From the NCBI GenBank assembly GCA_013239625.1, contig MU054323.1, forward strand, positions 10,695,186 to 10,759,185: 64,000 bases of DNA, written 5' to 3'. The DNA comes from Lama guanicoe (Eukaryota). Each line of letters starts with the position of its first letter. The stretch's first letter is position 1. Positions 1 to 13,340 of the stretch are shown here, in pieces. The notes beneath the pieces were generated by a model. That model worked only from the letters and a program-made list of their open reading frames with translations. It was not told the origin of the DNA and searched no databases. A program made the translations under genes and the position numbers.

Positions 1-1139
1 AAAGGTGTTGTAGGAAAGCAAAGTCAATTCCCTACTAATTGCTCAGAAACAGATTAGCGGTGGGAAGGGAGGAGGCATCACTTTGCCCTGGGCCTTGCAC
101 ACAGAGTAAATAAACTCTTATTTTATGTGCAGGATGTATCCAGAAACTTCTAGAATCCCAACATCCATGAATACTGCTGTAGCATATCATTTCCTCCATA
201 AAATGCATTATCACAATAGGCAGAAAACAACAAATCATCCACTAAGTGACTGGTGACCACACCCAGCCTAAGAGTATGAGGTTTTCAAATTATTCCCTCA
301 ACAAAATGACAGTTTGTTACATATCATGGAATTTGGAGGCACTTCCAAATGGTAGAAACTATGACTATTAAATCTGCTACTATTGACAAGTTGCTGCATT
401 CAGAATATGAAAGTTATGGGAATAGAACCAGATCCAAAAGCTACTATTCCAGGCACACTGGGATTCAGTGGGGATATGTTGCAGTTCTAGACTTTGAAAC
501 AAGCAAGGTGGAGGCAAGAATTATTAGCACACACCCCAGGAGTTCTATCTTTGGCTTCCTCACTGTCCACGTTTGTAGATCTGTTCATTTTTCTTGTCCA
601 AGTAGCAATTATCTCCACAACAGGGTTAAGTCACCCATGAGGTAGAAAGGCATGTTTGTGGATTGCTAATTGTTAGGGAGATCCCAAAAATAAAGGCATT
701 GAGCTCCTGACCCTCCATAATGGATATAAATGGAATGGATATAAGACAAACAGAAAAACACTCTAGAATATGAAGCAGCCTGCCGGCAAGAGCAGTAAGA
801 AAACTGGGAAGTGAGTAGCAGGAAATCCACTCACAGAACAAATAGTAGGGCATGACACATAATTGGATAGCGGGCCCTCGCCTTGCAAGGGGGACACTGA
901 AGAAGAGTAGCCCAGCTGGGCTCCCTGAAAGTCATGGAGAAATTAACAAGCACGATCAGGGAGGACAAAACCTCTATGTCACCCCAACAGAATGAAATGG
1001 CAGCCAGAGCTTTGAATTGTCACTGCTTAGAGATGTACGATGGGAGGTGTGGGTTTATTAAAAGGGCTCTAAACTAGATTGGGAAGAGGAGGACAGATGG
1101 TGGATTCCAGATGGTGCCATATCATCTTGGAGTTTAGAT

Positions 1140-1378
1140 CATGGGCTTAGACATCAGAGTGACCTGAAATCAACTCACAGTTCCAACACTTACTACCACC
1201 AGGGTGACCTCAGGTAAGCTATTTAACTTCCCTAAGTTTCGCTTTCCTCATCTGTGATGTGGGAACAATAATACAGTCAACCTTACATGCCTGCCTTGAA
1301 GCTTCCATGAGAAAGTGCTTATGAACCACTTAGCACAATGCCTTGTGTAGAGTAAGCATTCAGTAAATGTTACCCATA
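1140..1378 (+). mobile_element. MIR SINE
   Basis: MIR core gtgacctcaggtaagctatttaacttccctaagtttcgctttcctcatctgt and tail ttagcacaatgcc...cagtaaatgtta. Confidence 0.85.
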
Positions 1379-2704
1379 TCACCATAAACAATGATGTATT
1401 ATTATCATAGTAAGTAAAGGAAATGCTGGACAAAATTTGAGCCCATCCATTAAGAGGTCTGAGTTCTAAAATTGTAGGAAGAGTCCATATGATGCCTAAG
1501 AGGGAGAACACGAGTTTTATGGCAGCAAAGACCTATAATCCAGACACAGACACAGGGATGGGGCAAGTTTTCAGGGCTGTGTAGACAGTGACAGGAGGGA
1601 TTGAAGGGATGGTCTCGGGAAAAGGTGGCAATGGGAGCTTGGGCCTGCTGATCCTGGCAGATCACTGGCCAATATCAGAGAAGGCAATAGCCCATGGCCT
1701 GAATGTGGAACTCTGATATTTACAAAATGTGGAGAGGGCCAGATACATTGTCAGTCTGACAGCCAATAAAGCATAAATTAGGTTACCAAGGTAAGAATTG
1801 AGGTGTGGAAAAACAAGTTAGGGACCCATTAGGAGGAAGACTTGGAGAACAAGCAGGAGAACAGAGCATAGAACCAACATGGGACCCAGGTGTCAGCTTC
1901 CTTCTGACCCTGCATCCTAGATTCACTGACTGCAACCAAGTCATGTGTGCTCTTTATATTCATTCCCTTCACCCAGCTTCAAGCTCAGACAAACAGTGCG
2001 GCAGACAATCTCCATCACCGTCTGGAAGCTCTGAGCAATCACAAAGAATTCAACTTGTGCCAGAGATTGGAGATTGCCTAATGTTTTCAGATTTTTTTTT
2101 TAATTAGAAAAAAGAATGGAGTTCAGGGACCACAGACTTGTAAGCTTAACAATGCTCTCTGGCAAAACTCTAAAATGGATAATTAACCAGATGGCTTGGA
2201 AAACTTTAGAAACATATACTGATCATAGGGAAACAAAAGTGGTTCAATAGAAATAAGACATGGTCAGACTAAGGATAATATCCTTATTATTCAAAGAGCA
2301 ATATATCTCCTCTACCTAAAAAGAAAAAGAAGTGAAAAACCAAGATCCCTGTGAAATAAATTTTGCTTTCCTTCCCTTCCTTCCTCCCTCTCTTGTGTCT
2401 GTCTGTGTCTGTCTGTCTCTCCCTCTCCCTCCCATGCTCACATACAGTAATACAAATAGCCAATAAATATTTGAAAAAAATTCCACTCCAACAGTAATGA
2501 AAGGAAAGTAAATGAAAACAGTGAAATGCTACCTTTTATTTATTGAATTATAAAATATTTAAAAATAATTATTAACAACTGAAATAGTCTAAATTAATTT
2601 AAATTAATAATGCTCAACACTGAAGAGGGGTAATGAAACAGACAATTTTATATTTTCCTGGTAGGAGTATAAATTATGAATTTAATGTTATTTGCAATAA
2701 TAAT

Positions 2705-2850
2705 TTAATAATGGCTAACTATGAGTGCTTGCTATGTATAAAGCCCTATACACATGCATCACTTAATTTTTTTAATCACAACAACCCTATGAGATAGATG
2801 ATATTGACAGCCTCATTTTGCATCTGAAGGAATTAAGACGATAAAGAGTT
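2705..2850 (-). mobile_element. MIR SINE fragment
   Basis: aataatggctaactatgagtgcttgctatg...acaacaaccctatgagatag...cattttgc, reverse complement of MIR core. Confidence 0.7.
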
Positions 2851-3199
2851 TCCAAATGTCCCAGAGATTCTGATTATCACATGTTATCTGGCAGAGGGAG
2901 TATGAGGATGGGTGGGGAGAGCATGCGAGGAGGGATGAAAAGTCCTACAGGTGATTCTTACTTGGACATAACTATGTCTCTGCTGAGAATAACAATTCTG
3001 CACTATACTGTACATAAGCAATTTTGGCAATATTTAGAATCTTAAGAGTGTTCATATCACTGAATTTGATTCTATCCTACAAAAACATTCCAAGGTTATA
3101 AAAATGTTTGTGAAGAATTCTACTCTACAGTAATTTTACAATGGTAAATGCTATCACAAAGGGAAACAAATTAAATACCTAGCAATAGATACAATGATT

Positions 3200-3460
3200 A
3201 AGTAGTAATAGGAATAATAATAATAACTTTTATTGCATGGTCATTATGTGCCAGGTACCAATTTAGGCTTTACTTGAATTGTCTCATGTCTCATTTCTTA
3301 CAGAAACTTTAAAAGATAGAGATTCTAATCATCCCCGTTTTGCAAGGAAACTGAGCCAGGGAACAGTTAAGTAACTCCTCAACATCACAAGCTAACCTGT
3401 GGCAGCATCAGGACTAGAACCCATGCAATCTTACTAAAGAGTTTTCACTATTAACATCAG
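3200..3460 (-). mobile_element. MIR SINE
   Basis: tatgtgccagg...catccccgttttgcaaggaaactgag...gttaagtaact...ggactagaaccca. Confidence 0.8.
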
Positions 3461-4219
3461 ATTCTATATACTTAATTTATTTCCTTGATGAAATATTATA
3501 GAGCCATTAGAAATGTTTCCGAAGAGTTTTTCATAATGTGAGGAAATATTTACATTATACACTTGAAAAATTGCATATACAGTATTATTTCAGCTATGAA
3601 AAAATATACAAGGAAATGCCTAGAAGGAAATACACCAATTAACAGTAATTGTCTTTGAATGGTCTGGTTATGAGTCATTTATTTTCTTCTTTGTATTTTT
3701 CTGAATTTTTCTAATTTACTAAAATAAGTATGTGCTCTTTTTATTTTTTCTTAAGTGCAGAGTGAAAAAAAAGGAAGCTGTACTCATGCCAAATTACCCT
3801 TATTTCCATTTTGACAATGTATTTTAAAATTTGACAAAGTAACTTATTTTAGTGCATTAAGAAAGTGAACAAGTTTAACATAAAACATCTCGAATTATTT
3901 ATTAATGGAACAATACTTCCTTCATTAATAAAAGAGGACCAAGATTAAGGCTTATACACTCTTGAATTTCTTCTCCCTTTACCACAGTATCTAGCAGAGT
4001 GCCTTATACAGTGTTAATTTTTGACAAATATTTGCAGAATGAGTGATTTGAACTTGTTTAATTGTTTTTTAAATCAGTGACAAGGCATGTAAGTAATGCT
4101 TATCGAATTTGTGGTGATAACTGATACAACAGAAAACAGAGTCAAGATTTGAAATTATCTAGGCCAAATACAGGATGAAATATAATACTCAAAGTTTATT
4201 ATTATGTATCGATTATTTA

Positions 4220-4710
4220 TGTATCAAAAGTCTTAAAATGATTTATCCATTGAGTTGCTTCTAATTCTAGAAACATCCAAGGAAATAACAAAGAATGTAC
4301 ACAAAGACTTATTAGCCCAAATGACGTTCCTTATACTTGGTAACACCTAAAGATTAGAAACAGTTAGATATGTAACAGTGACAATAGGTTGCATATACTA
4401 TTAAGGGGAACCCTTAAAATAGAATATTATCCAGTAAAAAAAATATTGTAGAAGTTTATTTATTGATATAGAAATATTTTCATAATATGTTAAGTAATAA
4501 GGTAAGTTATAAAACAATATAAACAGTGTGATCTAATTTGGTTAAAATACATAGGTGATAGCTACAGGTAAAATACATGGAATACAGATTGGAAGGCTGT
4601 ACATTAAAATGTTAGCAGTAGATATCATTGCATGGTATAATTATGGATAGCTTTGTGTATCTGTATTTTTTTCATTATGTCCTGTTGAATGTGAATTTTT
4701 TAATGTAAAA
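4220..4710 (+). mobile_element. Ancient L1M 3' end fragment
   Basis: L1ME-like 3'UTR motifs (tttattgatatagaaatattttcataatatgttaagt; attggaaggctgtacattaaaatgttagcagt). Confidence 0.6.
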
Positions 4711-7040
4711 ATTTCCTCTATACAACTACAGAATGTGTTTTGAGGTGTTGTAGTTGGTGCTGATTTTATAATATTTCATGGAAAAAAAAGTGGGTCTGGA
4801 TGCATGATTGCCCTAAGCTCTTATATAGCTAGCAACGCAGCATGGCAGCTAAAAAGACATTAATTCCAATCTGAAGTGACACTACTAGCAGCAAAACCTC
4901 CAGACTATGGGCAGCAGTGACTCCCTTGGGCTCTGTAGTGGACAAAGCACATCGATAATAATTGCATTCAGCTCTTGCATTGTTTTAGGAAAAGAACTGA
5001 CAAACTAGGAGGTCCATAGCAAAACAAGCAGGTGGCAGGGACATCTGTCACTAGCAAGGTTTGCCCAGGAAAGAAGAGTCTACTGGGAGGCATTACCTCT
5101 ACCATCCTTTCCAACATGGTGTCTGCTTTTTTGTTTTTGTTTTTTTTTTTAACATAATCCTCTCTGAGTATCTAACACTAGGAAATATCCTGTGCTGGTT
5201 CCCCAGAATAACACAGTATGTCTGCATAGAGGGTGGGAAATGGTTAAAGTTGGACTTTAGACCCTGGAGTTTAGAGCCAAGAGGAACAGAAAGATCCTGA
5301 TGAGAGTAACTGAGCTAAACTGAGAAGAAGAAAAACAGGCACAAGCAGCGACAAGGACAAAAATGCAAGCCTGGTAGACCTAATGAGAGCCTAGAAACTT
5401 AGAGCCTGGCATGGGAGTTGTGGAGAAGTAGAGCGATCACCAGCAATAGTAAGATAGAAAGACAGCTTGGCAGTAGCTTTTAAAGTGCCTCAGGCCAGGG
5501 AGAAGCTCATATTATATTATACTCATTCACTTATTTATCAAATACCATCTGAGGACTTGGGTGTTGCAGACACAAAACTGAGCTTCATACCCAAATGGCC
5601 CTGGCCCTCATGGAGTTTGGAGCCAGTGTCAATGGAAAAAGAACAATCAAATGGATTTTGTTAAAACACGAACGTCATATTACAAATTTACACACTCTTT
5701 TTGCAGAAGAATCATGCTCAAATTCTATGTATCATTACTTTTACTCATAAAATAGGCTTCCATGTTTATTTCCTGATAGCATAATTTAGCATACAAGCCT
5801 ATTGGGCAAATTCTTTAACATCCACAGTCATCTACTATTTTGTTGTCACTCTAGAATTACAAGGTGGTGATAACACAGTTCATGAAACAATCCCTGCTCA
5901 ATTTAGAGGAGGTTTCCCAGATTTTTAAGACCAAGAAAATTTTGAAGCACATTTTGAGTATATAAATCTCAGAACTTTCAGCATGGGGAAAGGGTGTCAA
6001 GTGAAAAACTGAAATGATCAAACAGGGACTACTGAAGAGAGACTTACTTATCCCCTACTGGAACTGAATTCATTAAAGACTGACCTGGAGTTAAGGTTAT
6101 TTTTTGCCCCATCTGACATTTTAAAGTTTCATGAGACTCAAAATGAAACATTTTTAAGTTAGAACATGGAAGAGTATTTGTTATCAGTAACTCATATCCC
6201 AGAGTAACAAAAAGTAATTTCTGTGACATGTGATTTCAGGCGTGCATAAAAAAGGGTGAAAAGAACATGGTCACTTATTTCACAAAGTTCAATAAACCTT
6301 GTTTATATTTCCAGTCTACCACTTATTAGGTATGTGACTGAGGTAGATTAATTAATGTATTTGCCTTTCAATTTTATCATCTGTTAAAAAACAAAATGGG
6401 GATGAAAATTCTGTCTTACGTACTTACTAAAAGATTTCATGAAATGTGTATTGTGAATACCAAGCATATATAAATGACTGCTTTAATGTGAGTCTTCTCC
6501 CCACTCCCCATTAGAATCAAACTGTTGGAGGCCAGCAGGAGCTTTGACTCTGCCTCCTCTGATTCACAACATGGCAGTGCAAAGGAACTCTATCACCATA
6601 CCTGTCAGGCACTGGGGATGTAACCAGGAATGTAGATAAAATGTCAAAAATATCTTTCAGTACATGTAATGAAGTTTTAAAAAATGCATCTGTAATGTCT
6701 CTTTTATCATTTTTATTGCATTCAATTCAGCAAACATTTATTGAATGCCTGCGTCATCCATATTCATTCTCTAGTTCAGTGGAACTTCAAAGAGCTATTG
6801 CATTTCACTGTGAGGTCAGAGACTGGTATTTCACATCTCTCACTCTGACACTGAATTTTCTGGCCCCAACTCTGCAGGGCCAGTTTACTTGACCATTAAG
6901 CTCACTCTGGTACAAAGGAGTTCTATTAGCTTCATGAATTAACAAAAAATAATGCTTCCCATATAGTAGAAGATCAAACATTTATTCAATTAAAGGAAGA
7001 AAGGACAGAAGAAGAGAAGACAGTCTGAAACAGGGAGGGT

Positions 7041-7157
7041 GAGGGACAGTTGGTTACACAGACATTCAGACAGAGGACAGTCAGAAAGACAAAGGGACAG
7101 TCAGAAAGACAGAGGGACAGTTGGTTAGACAGAGAAATAGTCCACAGACTGACAGAC
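7041..7157. repeat. Degenerate ~20-bp minisatellite (agagggacagtcagaaagac / agagggacagttggttagac)
   Basis: Repeated units are directly visible, e.g. ggacagtcagaaagac twice and gagggacagttggtta twice. Confidence 0.7.
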
Positions 7158-8189
7158 TTTTACTTATCCTCTTGTTCTCTTATCTTTTGACCATCACGAT
7201 TCTTAACTATTTCATGGGCTATTAAAACAAACATTTTAAAAATGAGAGAAAGCATTGAATTTTAAATGGTAATGAAGAGTATCAGTATTAAGTGTCATAT
7301 AAAAAAGACAAATCACAGGAACACAAATATACTTAATTCTAAAAAATTCCTACAATCTGTATCCTGAAGTCAGTCAATCTCAAAAAATCTGAAAAAGAGT
7401 CAGATTCATTCTGAACTTAAGTCAAGCTGCTTAGTTAGTAAATCTAGCCAGCCCGTGTTCCCCCCAGTGACATTTATCTAGTCACTGGGAAGCTCACAGG
7501 GAGCAAGCTCAACCCCTTTCTTAAGATTAGAGAGTAGTTTTGATGATTCTTCCAAGACAGAAGTCTCTTTGGCCTCCATCCCCTTATAAAGTCTGCAGGG
7601 CAGGCAGAAGGGGCCACACACACGTACTGAACAGGGCTCACAGCTTCTGCACAGCTAAGAGGGCTCCAGTTAGTGAGCCCTGACACTTAAATGACTGGGG
7701 TCTGAAGGAGGTTTGGAGGAAGAGCTGGGGTGGGGAGGGGAATCACTCACCCAAACTGCTGGGGCTCAAGGTTCAGTTAGTCGTGAAAAACAAGCTATAC
7801 ATATTTTCAACAAACTCTGAAATCTGCCTCCCCTGTTGGCCTCCTGCACATCAACAACTTCACGGTCACAGGGCTCCCCTGGAAACTGGAGACAATCTCT
7901 ACCACACGACAGGGTCTGAGTTTCCATTCAGCCTCACCTCAGGCAGGGCCTATATGACTACAGATGAACCAGGGAGGGAGGTCATTTTGCCCAGGGCCCT
8001 ATTGCTGGAGTAGACTACAAGGCCAGGTTCATTAAGTAAGGTGCCATCTTTAACCCTAAATTGGCACTGCTGACAAATATCCATAGGGCAAGCACTCTGA
8101 ATTGCTTTTCCCATAGTGGGCATGGGCTAATGGTGCTAACACCTCCTCTAGTCACCGTTATGATCAGTGGCCTGCTTTTAAAGGCTATA

Positions 8190-8355
8190 TGACTTGGACT
8201 GAGACCTGGGCTGGAGTAGAGGGAATAGACGGGAGCCCTACCTCTGTTACAAGTTGTAGGCAAATCACTTCTTGGCTATGAGTTCCCATCTCTGCATTCA
8301 TAAGATAAAAGGACTAGACTAACTGACTGCCAAGGTCCCTCCTGGCTCTCATTCT
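8190..8355 (+). mobile_element. MIR/MIR3 SINE fragment
   Basis: ggcaaatcactt...cccatct...ggactagact...ccaaggtccctcctggctct, the MIR3-like tail. Confidence 0.6.
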
Positions 8356-8394
8356 ACCTATAACCTTTATATCCACATCTTAGATCCTTCATCT

Positions 8395-8460
8395 AGCTAG
8401 GGATCCAACACTGGATGTTGATCCCTTATTCTAGTGCTCTAACCAACTGAAGCCAACAAC
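8395..8460 (-). mobile_element. tRNA-derived ancient SINE head (MamSINE1-like)
   Basis: Minus strand reads ggcttcagttggttagagcac...ggatccc: an A-box-like tRNA head with no intact cloverleaf. Confidence 0.35.
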
Positions 8461-9087
8461 CACAGCTCAGGGCCAGGGACCCCCAGGCAGGAGACCTCTG
8501 GCATATCACACTTGTCCTATTCTTGCACTCTAGCCAGAAGCCAAGGGGCCTTAGGTTGCAATCTCAATTGAGATTCCAATCCCAAACCACTTACCCCTCC
8601 CTTTCCTTTGCTCTAAGACAGATAGAGCATCCCAGAGCAAAAGTCAACCTTATCCACAGCTGCAAGATGACAGCTGCAAAGCCCAGTTGAGGAACAGGGC
8701 TCTTCATGTGCCAGCCATGTTTTAGTCAAGGACTCATAACATCAAGTGCCTCTTGCACTTTGGCAACATCTCTGCTAGTACCACATTAATGGCCAAACTC
8801 CAGGCAGTAGAAGGAGAGAAAACCCAATATCCCAGGGATATAATCCAATCTCAGCAGCCTTAAACAGACCAAGGGAAACAAGCTGTATTCTTGCTGAGCT
8901 CTTATTATTAATTTTTTTTGACACTGAGTTTTGTGATCTGCCTATCCATGAATGTGGGTTAGGGGGTGGGTAGAAAAACAAATAAATATATTTTTCCATA
9001 TTGATATTCTGTAAGCTAGCTGAGATCTCTAAAGCCTCTACAATCTTTTTTTCCCTCTCCAAAGCTTGCCCAGAAGTACTCCTTAAT

Positions 9088-10040
9088 TATGAAAAAATGC
9101 TCAATACCACTAATTATCAGAGAAATGCAAATCAAAACTACAATGAGGTATTACCTCACACCAGTCAGAATGGCCATCATTCAAAAGTCCACCAACAATA
9201 AATGCTGGAGAGGGTGTGGAGAAAAGGGAACCCTCCTACACTGTTGATGGGAATGCAGTTTGGTGCAGCCATTGTGGAAAACAGCATGGAGATTCCTCAA
9301 AAGACTAAAAATAAACTTACCATATGACCCAGCAATCCCACTCCTGGGCATATATCCAGAAGGAACCTTACTTCAAAAACTTACTTCAAAACATGCACCC
9401 CAATATTCATAGAAGCACTATTTACAATAGCCAAGACATGAAAACAACCTAAATGTCCATTGACAGATGACTGGATAAAGAAGTTGTGGTATATTTATAT
9501 AACAGAATACTACTCAGCCATTGAAATGACAACATACTGCCATTTGCAGCAATATGGATGTTCCTGAGAATGTCATTCTAAGTAAAGTAAGCCAGAAAGA
9601 AAAAGAAAAATACCATATGATATCACTCATATGTGGAATCTAAAAAAAAAAAAAAAAAAGAGGACAAAGGAAATTAAAAATAAANNNNNNNNNNNNNNNN
9701 NNNNNNNNNNNNNNNNNNNNNAAGACGACAAATGAAATTAAATATAAAATAGAAACAGATTCACAGACATAGAATACAGACTGTGGTTGCCGGGGGGAGG
9801 TGGGTGGGAAGGGACAGCCTGGGAGTTCAAGATTTGTAGATACTGACAGATACATACAGAACAGATAAACAAGTTTATACTGTATAGCACAGGGAAATAT
9901 ATTCAAGATCTTATAGTAGTCCATGGTGAAAAAGAATATAAAAATGAATATACATATATTCATGTATGACTGAAACATTGTGCTGTACACCAGAAATTGA
10001 CACAACATTGCAAACTGACTATAACTCAATAGAAAAAAAA
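9088..10040 (+). mobile_element. 5'-truncated young L1 (ORF2 C-terminus, 3'UTR, polyA), containing an assembly gap
   Basis: L1 ORF2 end (gaaatgcaaatcaaaactacaatgaggta...aaatgctggagagggtgtggagaaaagggaaccctcc); highly similar to copies at 35473 and 51899; A-tail at ~10029-10040; no clear TSD. Confidence 0.95.
9685..9721. other. Assembly gap (37 N)
   Basis: Run of N in the sequence. Confidence 1.
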
Positions 10041-11109
10041 GTAGAGTTTCTTCTACTTCATTTAGAGGTGTGATGTTCGACTAGGATAACTGTTTTCAAA
10101 GCAATCGCTTTCAGGCTAGCTTTTGTTCATCAGAGAAGCCCAGCCTACAACAGTTAGTTATATACACAAGACCAAGCAGGACTCACCTCAGTGGTATGAA
10201 ATTAAAGAATAAATAAAGGAGGCAACTGACTTGAAAAGAAAAGCCAGCCCCTCGGTACAGGCAGGAGATGAGATCAAGGATACTAGGAACAGCCCAGACC
10301 ACTTTCTCTCTGTCATTATTAGAGAGTCCCTGAGACTGACTCCTGTTTGAGCTGGAGCCTGTAGCTTTGACAAAGTCCCTGAACATGACCCCTAAATTGA
10401 TTTTAAATCCTTCTTCAGAAGAAACTGAAATGATAAAACACAAGGCACCCTTCAGAGATCATCTGCCAGAAATCAGTCAACAGACGGGGGTTTAAAACTC
10501 TTAGCCTATGGCCTTCCAGTCTTCGCTTAAACTTTAAGAGAATTTACAGGCGTTAAATGGACCCTCAGGATTGCATGCCTCTTCAGGGCACAGATTCTAA
10601 TGAGGACTCTGAGAATTACTAGACAATTAGATTAGGAAAGGCCTGTGAGGCTCTAACCAAGCCCATTCATGGTTCACATGGAGGTCGCCAAGACGTAAAA
10701 TCTCCCTCTCAAATCAGAAGTGCTTAGACTGTTTCTTCAACTGAAAATTCACAAAAAAGGCTCTCAGAGAACATTGGATTTCCATACTACAGCATGCAAA
10801 ACTTAGACATACAATCCAAAATGCCAAAAGCTTTCAACTTTTTCTATTTCCATATTGGTTTCCTAACATGACCTTGGGACTAGCAAGTGTCTTAGGGAGT
10901 TTCTAATCCAAAGCCACCATACAGAGGAGGGAACTGAGGCCCAAAGAGGAGAAGCTACTTGCCCAATATTTTGCAAGGTGTTAGTAAAAGAAACAAGATC
11001 CTACTACCGTACAGTGTCCTTCTTAGTATCTCTGCTACCCTGGGCCCAGGGTGGGTGGAAAGACAGACACTATGATAGGGGACAAGATGGACCAAGACAG
11101 AGAAGTGTA

Positions 11110-11578
11110 CTATTTATTTTGCTCACAGATCTGTAGACAGAGCAGGGCTTGGCAGGTGCAACTCATGTCCCTGCTCCACTCAGAGTCAGCAGGGACATCT
11201 GAAGGCTGGAAGCAAGAATCATTTGAAGTCTTGTTCATTCACATGTCTGGGGGTTGATGCCAACTCTTGACTGGAACCTCACCCATGGCAATGGTTAGAA
11301 TATCTATAAGTAGCCTTTCCATGTGGCTGCCTGGCTTAATCACAGCATGGTGTCTGGGTGCCAAGGGTGGTGGTGGAGGCACCTGAGAGAGAGCCAGATG
11401 GACGCTATTCCTTTTTCCAATTAAAGCTTCAGGAGTCACCAGTGTCACTTCTGCTGCTTTCTATTAGTTAGGTGTGAGTCTCCCAGGCAAGTTCAATTCT
11501 AAGGAGAAGGGAATTAGACACCACTTTTTGATGGCAGAAGGGACAAAGAACTTGCAGACATGTTTTAAAGCTACCACA
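11110..11578 (-). mobile_element. MaLR solo LTR (MLT1G/H-like)
   Basis: Minus strand begins tgtggtagctttaaaacatgtctgcaagttctttgtccc...aagtggtgtctaattccc, a typical MLT1 start; other end atttattttgctcacagatctg. Confidence 0.8.
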
Positions 11579-11664
11579 TATGCCAAAGACTTTTTTCCTA
11601 CCACCTGGGGTAGAAAACAGGGGCAGGTTTCCACTATTTTAAGCAATCCCACAGGAAAACTAGA

Positions 11665-11880
11665 TTTATTTTATGTTTACTATATAAAAGGCACTGTACT
11701 GAACATTTTATGTGCATTATCTCATCTCAATTTCAATCCTAACAATAGGAGTCGCACTCACATTTCACAGATGAGAAAACCAAGACTCAGATTAGTTTAC
11801 CCACAGGCAGACACTCAGCTAGGAGGTGGCAGAGCAAAGCTGTATTCCAGTTTTGGATCTAAAGCCTGCTCTCTTCTCAC
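11665..11880 (-). mobile_element. MIR SINE
   Basis: catttcacagatgagaaaaccaagactcaga...acactcagctaggaggtggcagagc. Confidence 0.8.
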
Positions 11881-11932
11881 AACTTACACATCTTTCACAG
11901 TAGGCAGGAACTGTATCCTGGTGATAGTGGTG

Positions 11933-12423
11933 TGTGATGGTTGATTTTATGTGCCAACTTAACTGAGCCAATGCCCAGATACCTGGTTAAACATTTTCTG
12001 GGTACATCTGTAAGGGTGTTTCCAGAAGAGATTAGCATTTGAATTGGTAGACTGAGTAAATCAGACGGCCCACCCCAGTGTGGGTGGGTACCATCCAATC
12101 CAATGAGGGCTTGAATAGAACAAAAAGGCAGAGAAAGTTTGAATTTTCTCTCTCTGCCTGACTGGTTGAGTTGGACACCAGTCTTCTCCTTCCCTTGGAC
12201 TGGAACTTATATCATCAGTGGTGACCCTGGTTCTCAGCCTTCAGATTTGGCCTGGAATTTCCACCACCAGCTTTCTTGGGTCTCCAGCTTGTGAATGGCA
12301 GACCATGGGACTTCTCATACTCCATATCTGCATGACCTAATTCCTTATTATAAATCTCATTCTATATGTGTATATGTATTGTATCGTATATTGGTTCTGT
12401 TTGTCTGAAGAATCCTAATAACA
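11933..12423 (+). mobile_element. ERVL solo LTR (MLT2 family)
   Basis: TG...CA termini (tgtgatggttgattttatgtgccaactt ... ttggttctgtttgtctgaagaatcctaataaca); MLT2 motif gggtgtttccagaagagattagcatttgaatt; 5-bp TSD-like tggtg/tggta. Confidence 0.9.
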
Positions 12424-12649
12424 TGGTACACTATCCTAAAATATGCTAAGCCCTAGAGAACTGTGATATGACTGAACCTTCCATCATATGCAATAAAATG
12501 AGGAAAATTCTCTTTCCTAGTTGCTAACGAAGTCTACCTCCTGTACAGATGGGAAGAAAGCTGGGGTTATCAACTTGGATGGAGTACTCCTGGTGAAACT
12601 GTGTCCACCTTGTGTGCAAATGGCGGAATTAGTGGTTTTTCGCCTCCCT

Positions 12650-13012
12650 GGATCCTTTTCATCCTTCAGGCCCATCTTAGATGTCACCTCCTCAAAAATC
12701 CTTCCCTGATCACTCTATTAGAGGAGGTTCCCATATGTGGTACGTTCCATCACTGTTTGCTTTCTTCACATTGCTCGTCCCAATCTACACTCAAACATCT
12801 GTTTAACCACTTGCTCATTGTCTGACTCCCCTCCTAGACTACCAGCTTCAGGACGGCAGGGACAATCTATCTTACGTATCTATACGTATGCTAAAATAGT
12901 GCTTAGCAGAGAATAGGTGCTAAATAAATATTTGTGTTCTATTCTATTCTAAGCCCTTTATATTTTCTACTCAGTCCATTCAATTGTGTTAGATGAACAA
13001 TTGAATGAAGGA
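12650..13012 (+). mobile_element. L2 3' end
   Basis: cttcaggcccatcttagatgtcacctcctc...ggcagggac...gtgcttagcagagaataggtgctaaataaatatttg...tgaatgaa. Confidence 0.8.
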
Positions 13013-13109
13013 AGGAGTCCTAGACTGTGAAAATCTTGAGATCAGTTCTTGACCTCCAGGGCACTAGGACATTGGTCCCACATCCTCAAGCCCCATTATG
13101 GAAAAATCA

Positions 13110-13340
13110 GGTATAATAAAAGTGATCTTAATGAAGTACTTACTATGAGTCAGATACTCTGCCAGCTTTATGAATATTATCTCCTTTAGTTGTATGACAA
13201 CCCTGTGGCATAGGTATTAAAACTATTCCCATTTTCTAGGTGATGAAACCAAGGTTCAAAGAAAATAAGTAACTTGCCCTCATTTATTACTGCTAAAAAG
13301 AATCAAAGCTAAGATTCTCAGCTGAGGTGTCTGTTCAACT
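13110..13340 (-). mobile_element. MIR SINE
   Basis: cttactatgagtcag...acaaccctgtggcataggtatt...attcccattttctaggtgatgaaaccaagg...aagtaacttgccc. Confidence 0.8.

Larger units (their letters stand above)
2190..3750 (+). mobile_element. Ancient L1M (L1ME-like) 3' fragments, interrupted by two MIRs
   Basis: Degenerate L1 ORF2-end and 3'UTR motifs (atagccaataaatatttgaaaaaaattccactc; ggtaggagtataaatt; ctagaaggaaatacacca); A-rich + strand. Confidence 0.6.

Noticed and set aside
7041..7157. CRISPR-like array
   Set aside because: Degenerate tandem units without unique spacers, in mammalian DNA; a minisatellite.
8395..8460. Possible tRNA gene
   Set aside because: Only an A-box-like arm is present; no cloverleaf or intact B-box.
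9640..9750. Apparent duplication flanking the N gap (aagaggacaaaggaaattaaaaataaa vs aagacgacaaatgaaattaaatataaa)
   Set aside because: Probably a low-quality read end after a poly(A) run, duplicating the far side of the gap; an assembly artefact.
11474..11944. 156-aa ORF
   Set aside because: It runs across MLT1, MIR and MLT2 sequence; a chance ORF.
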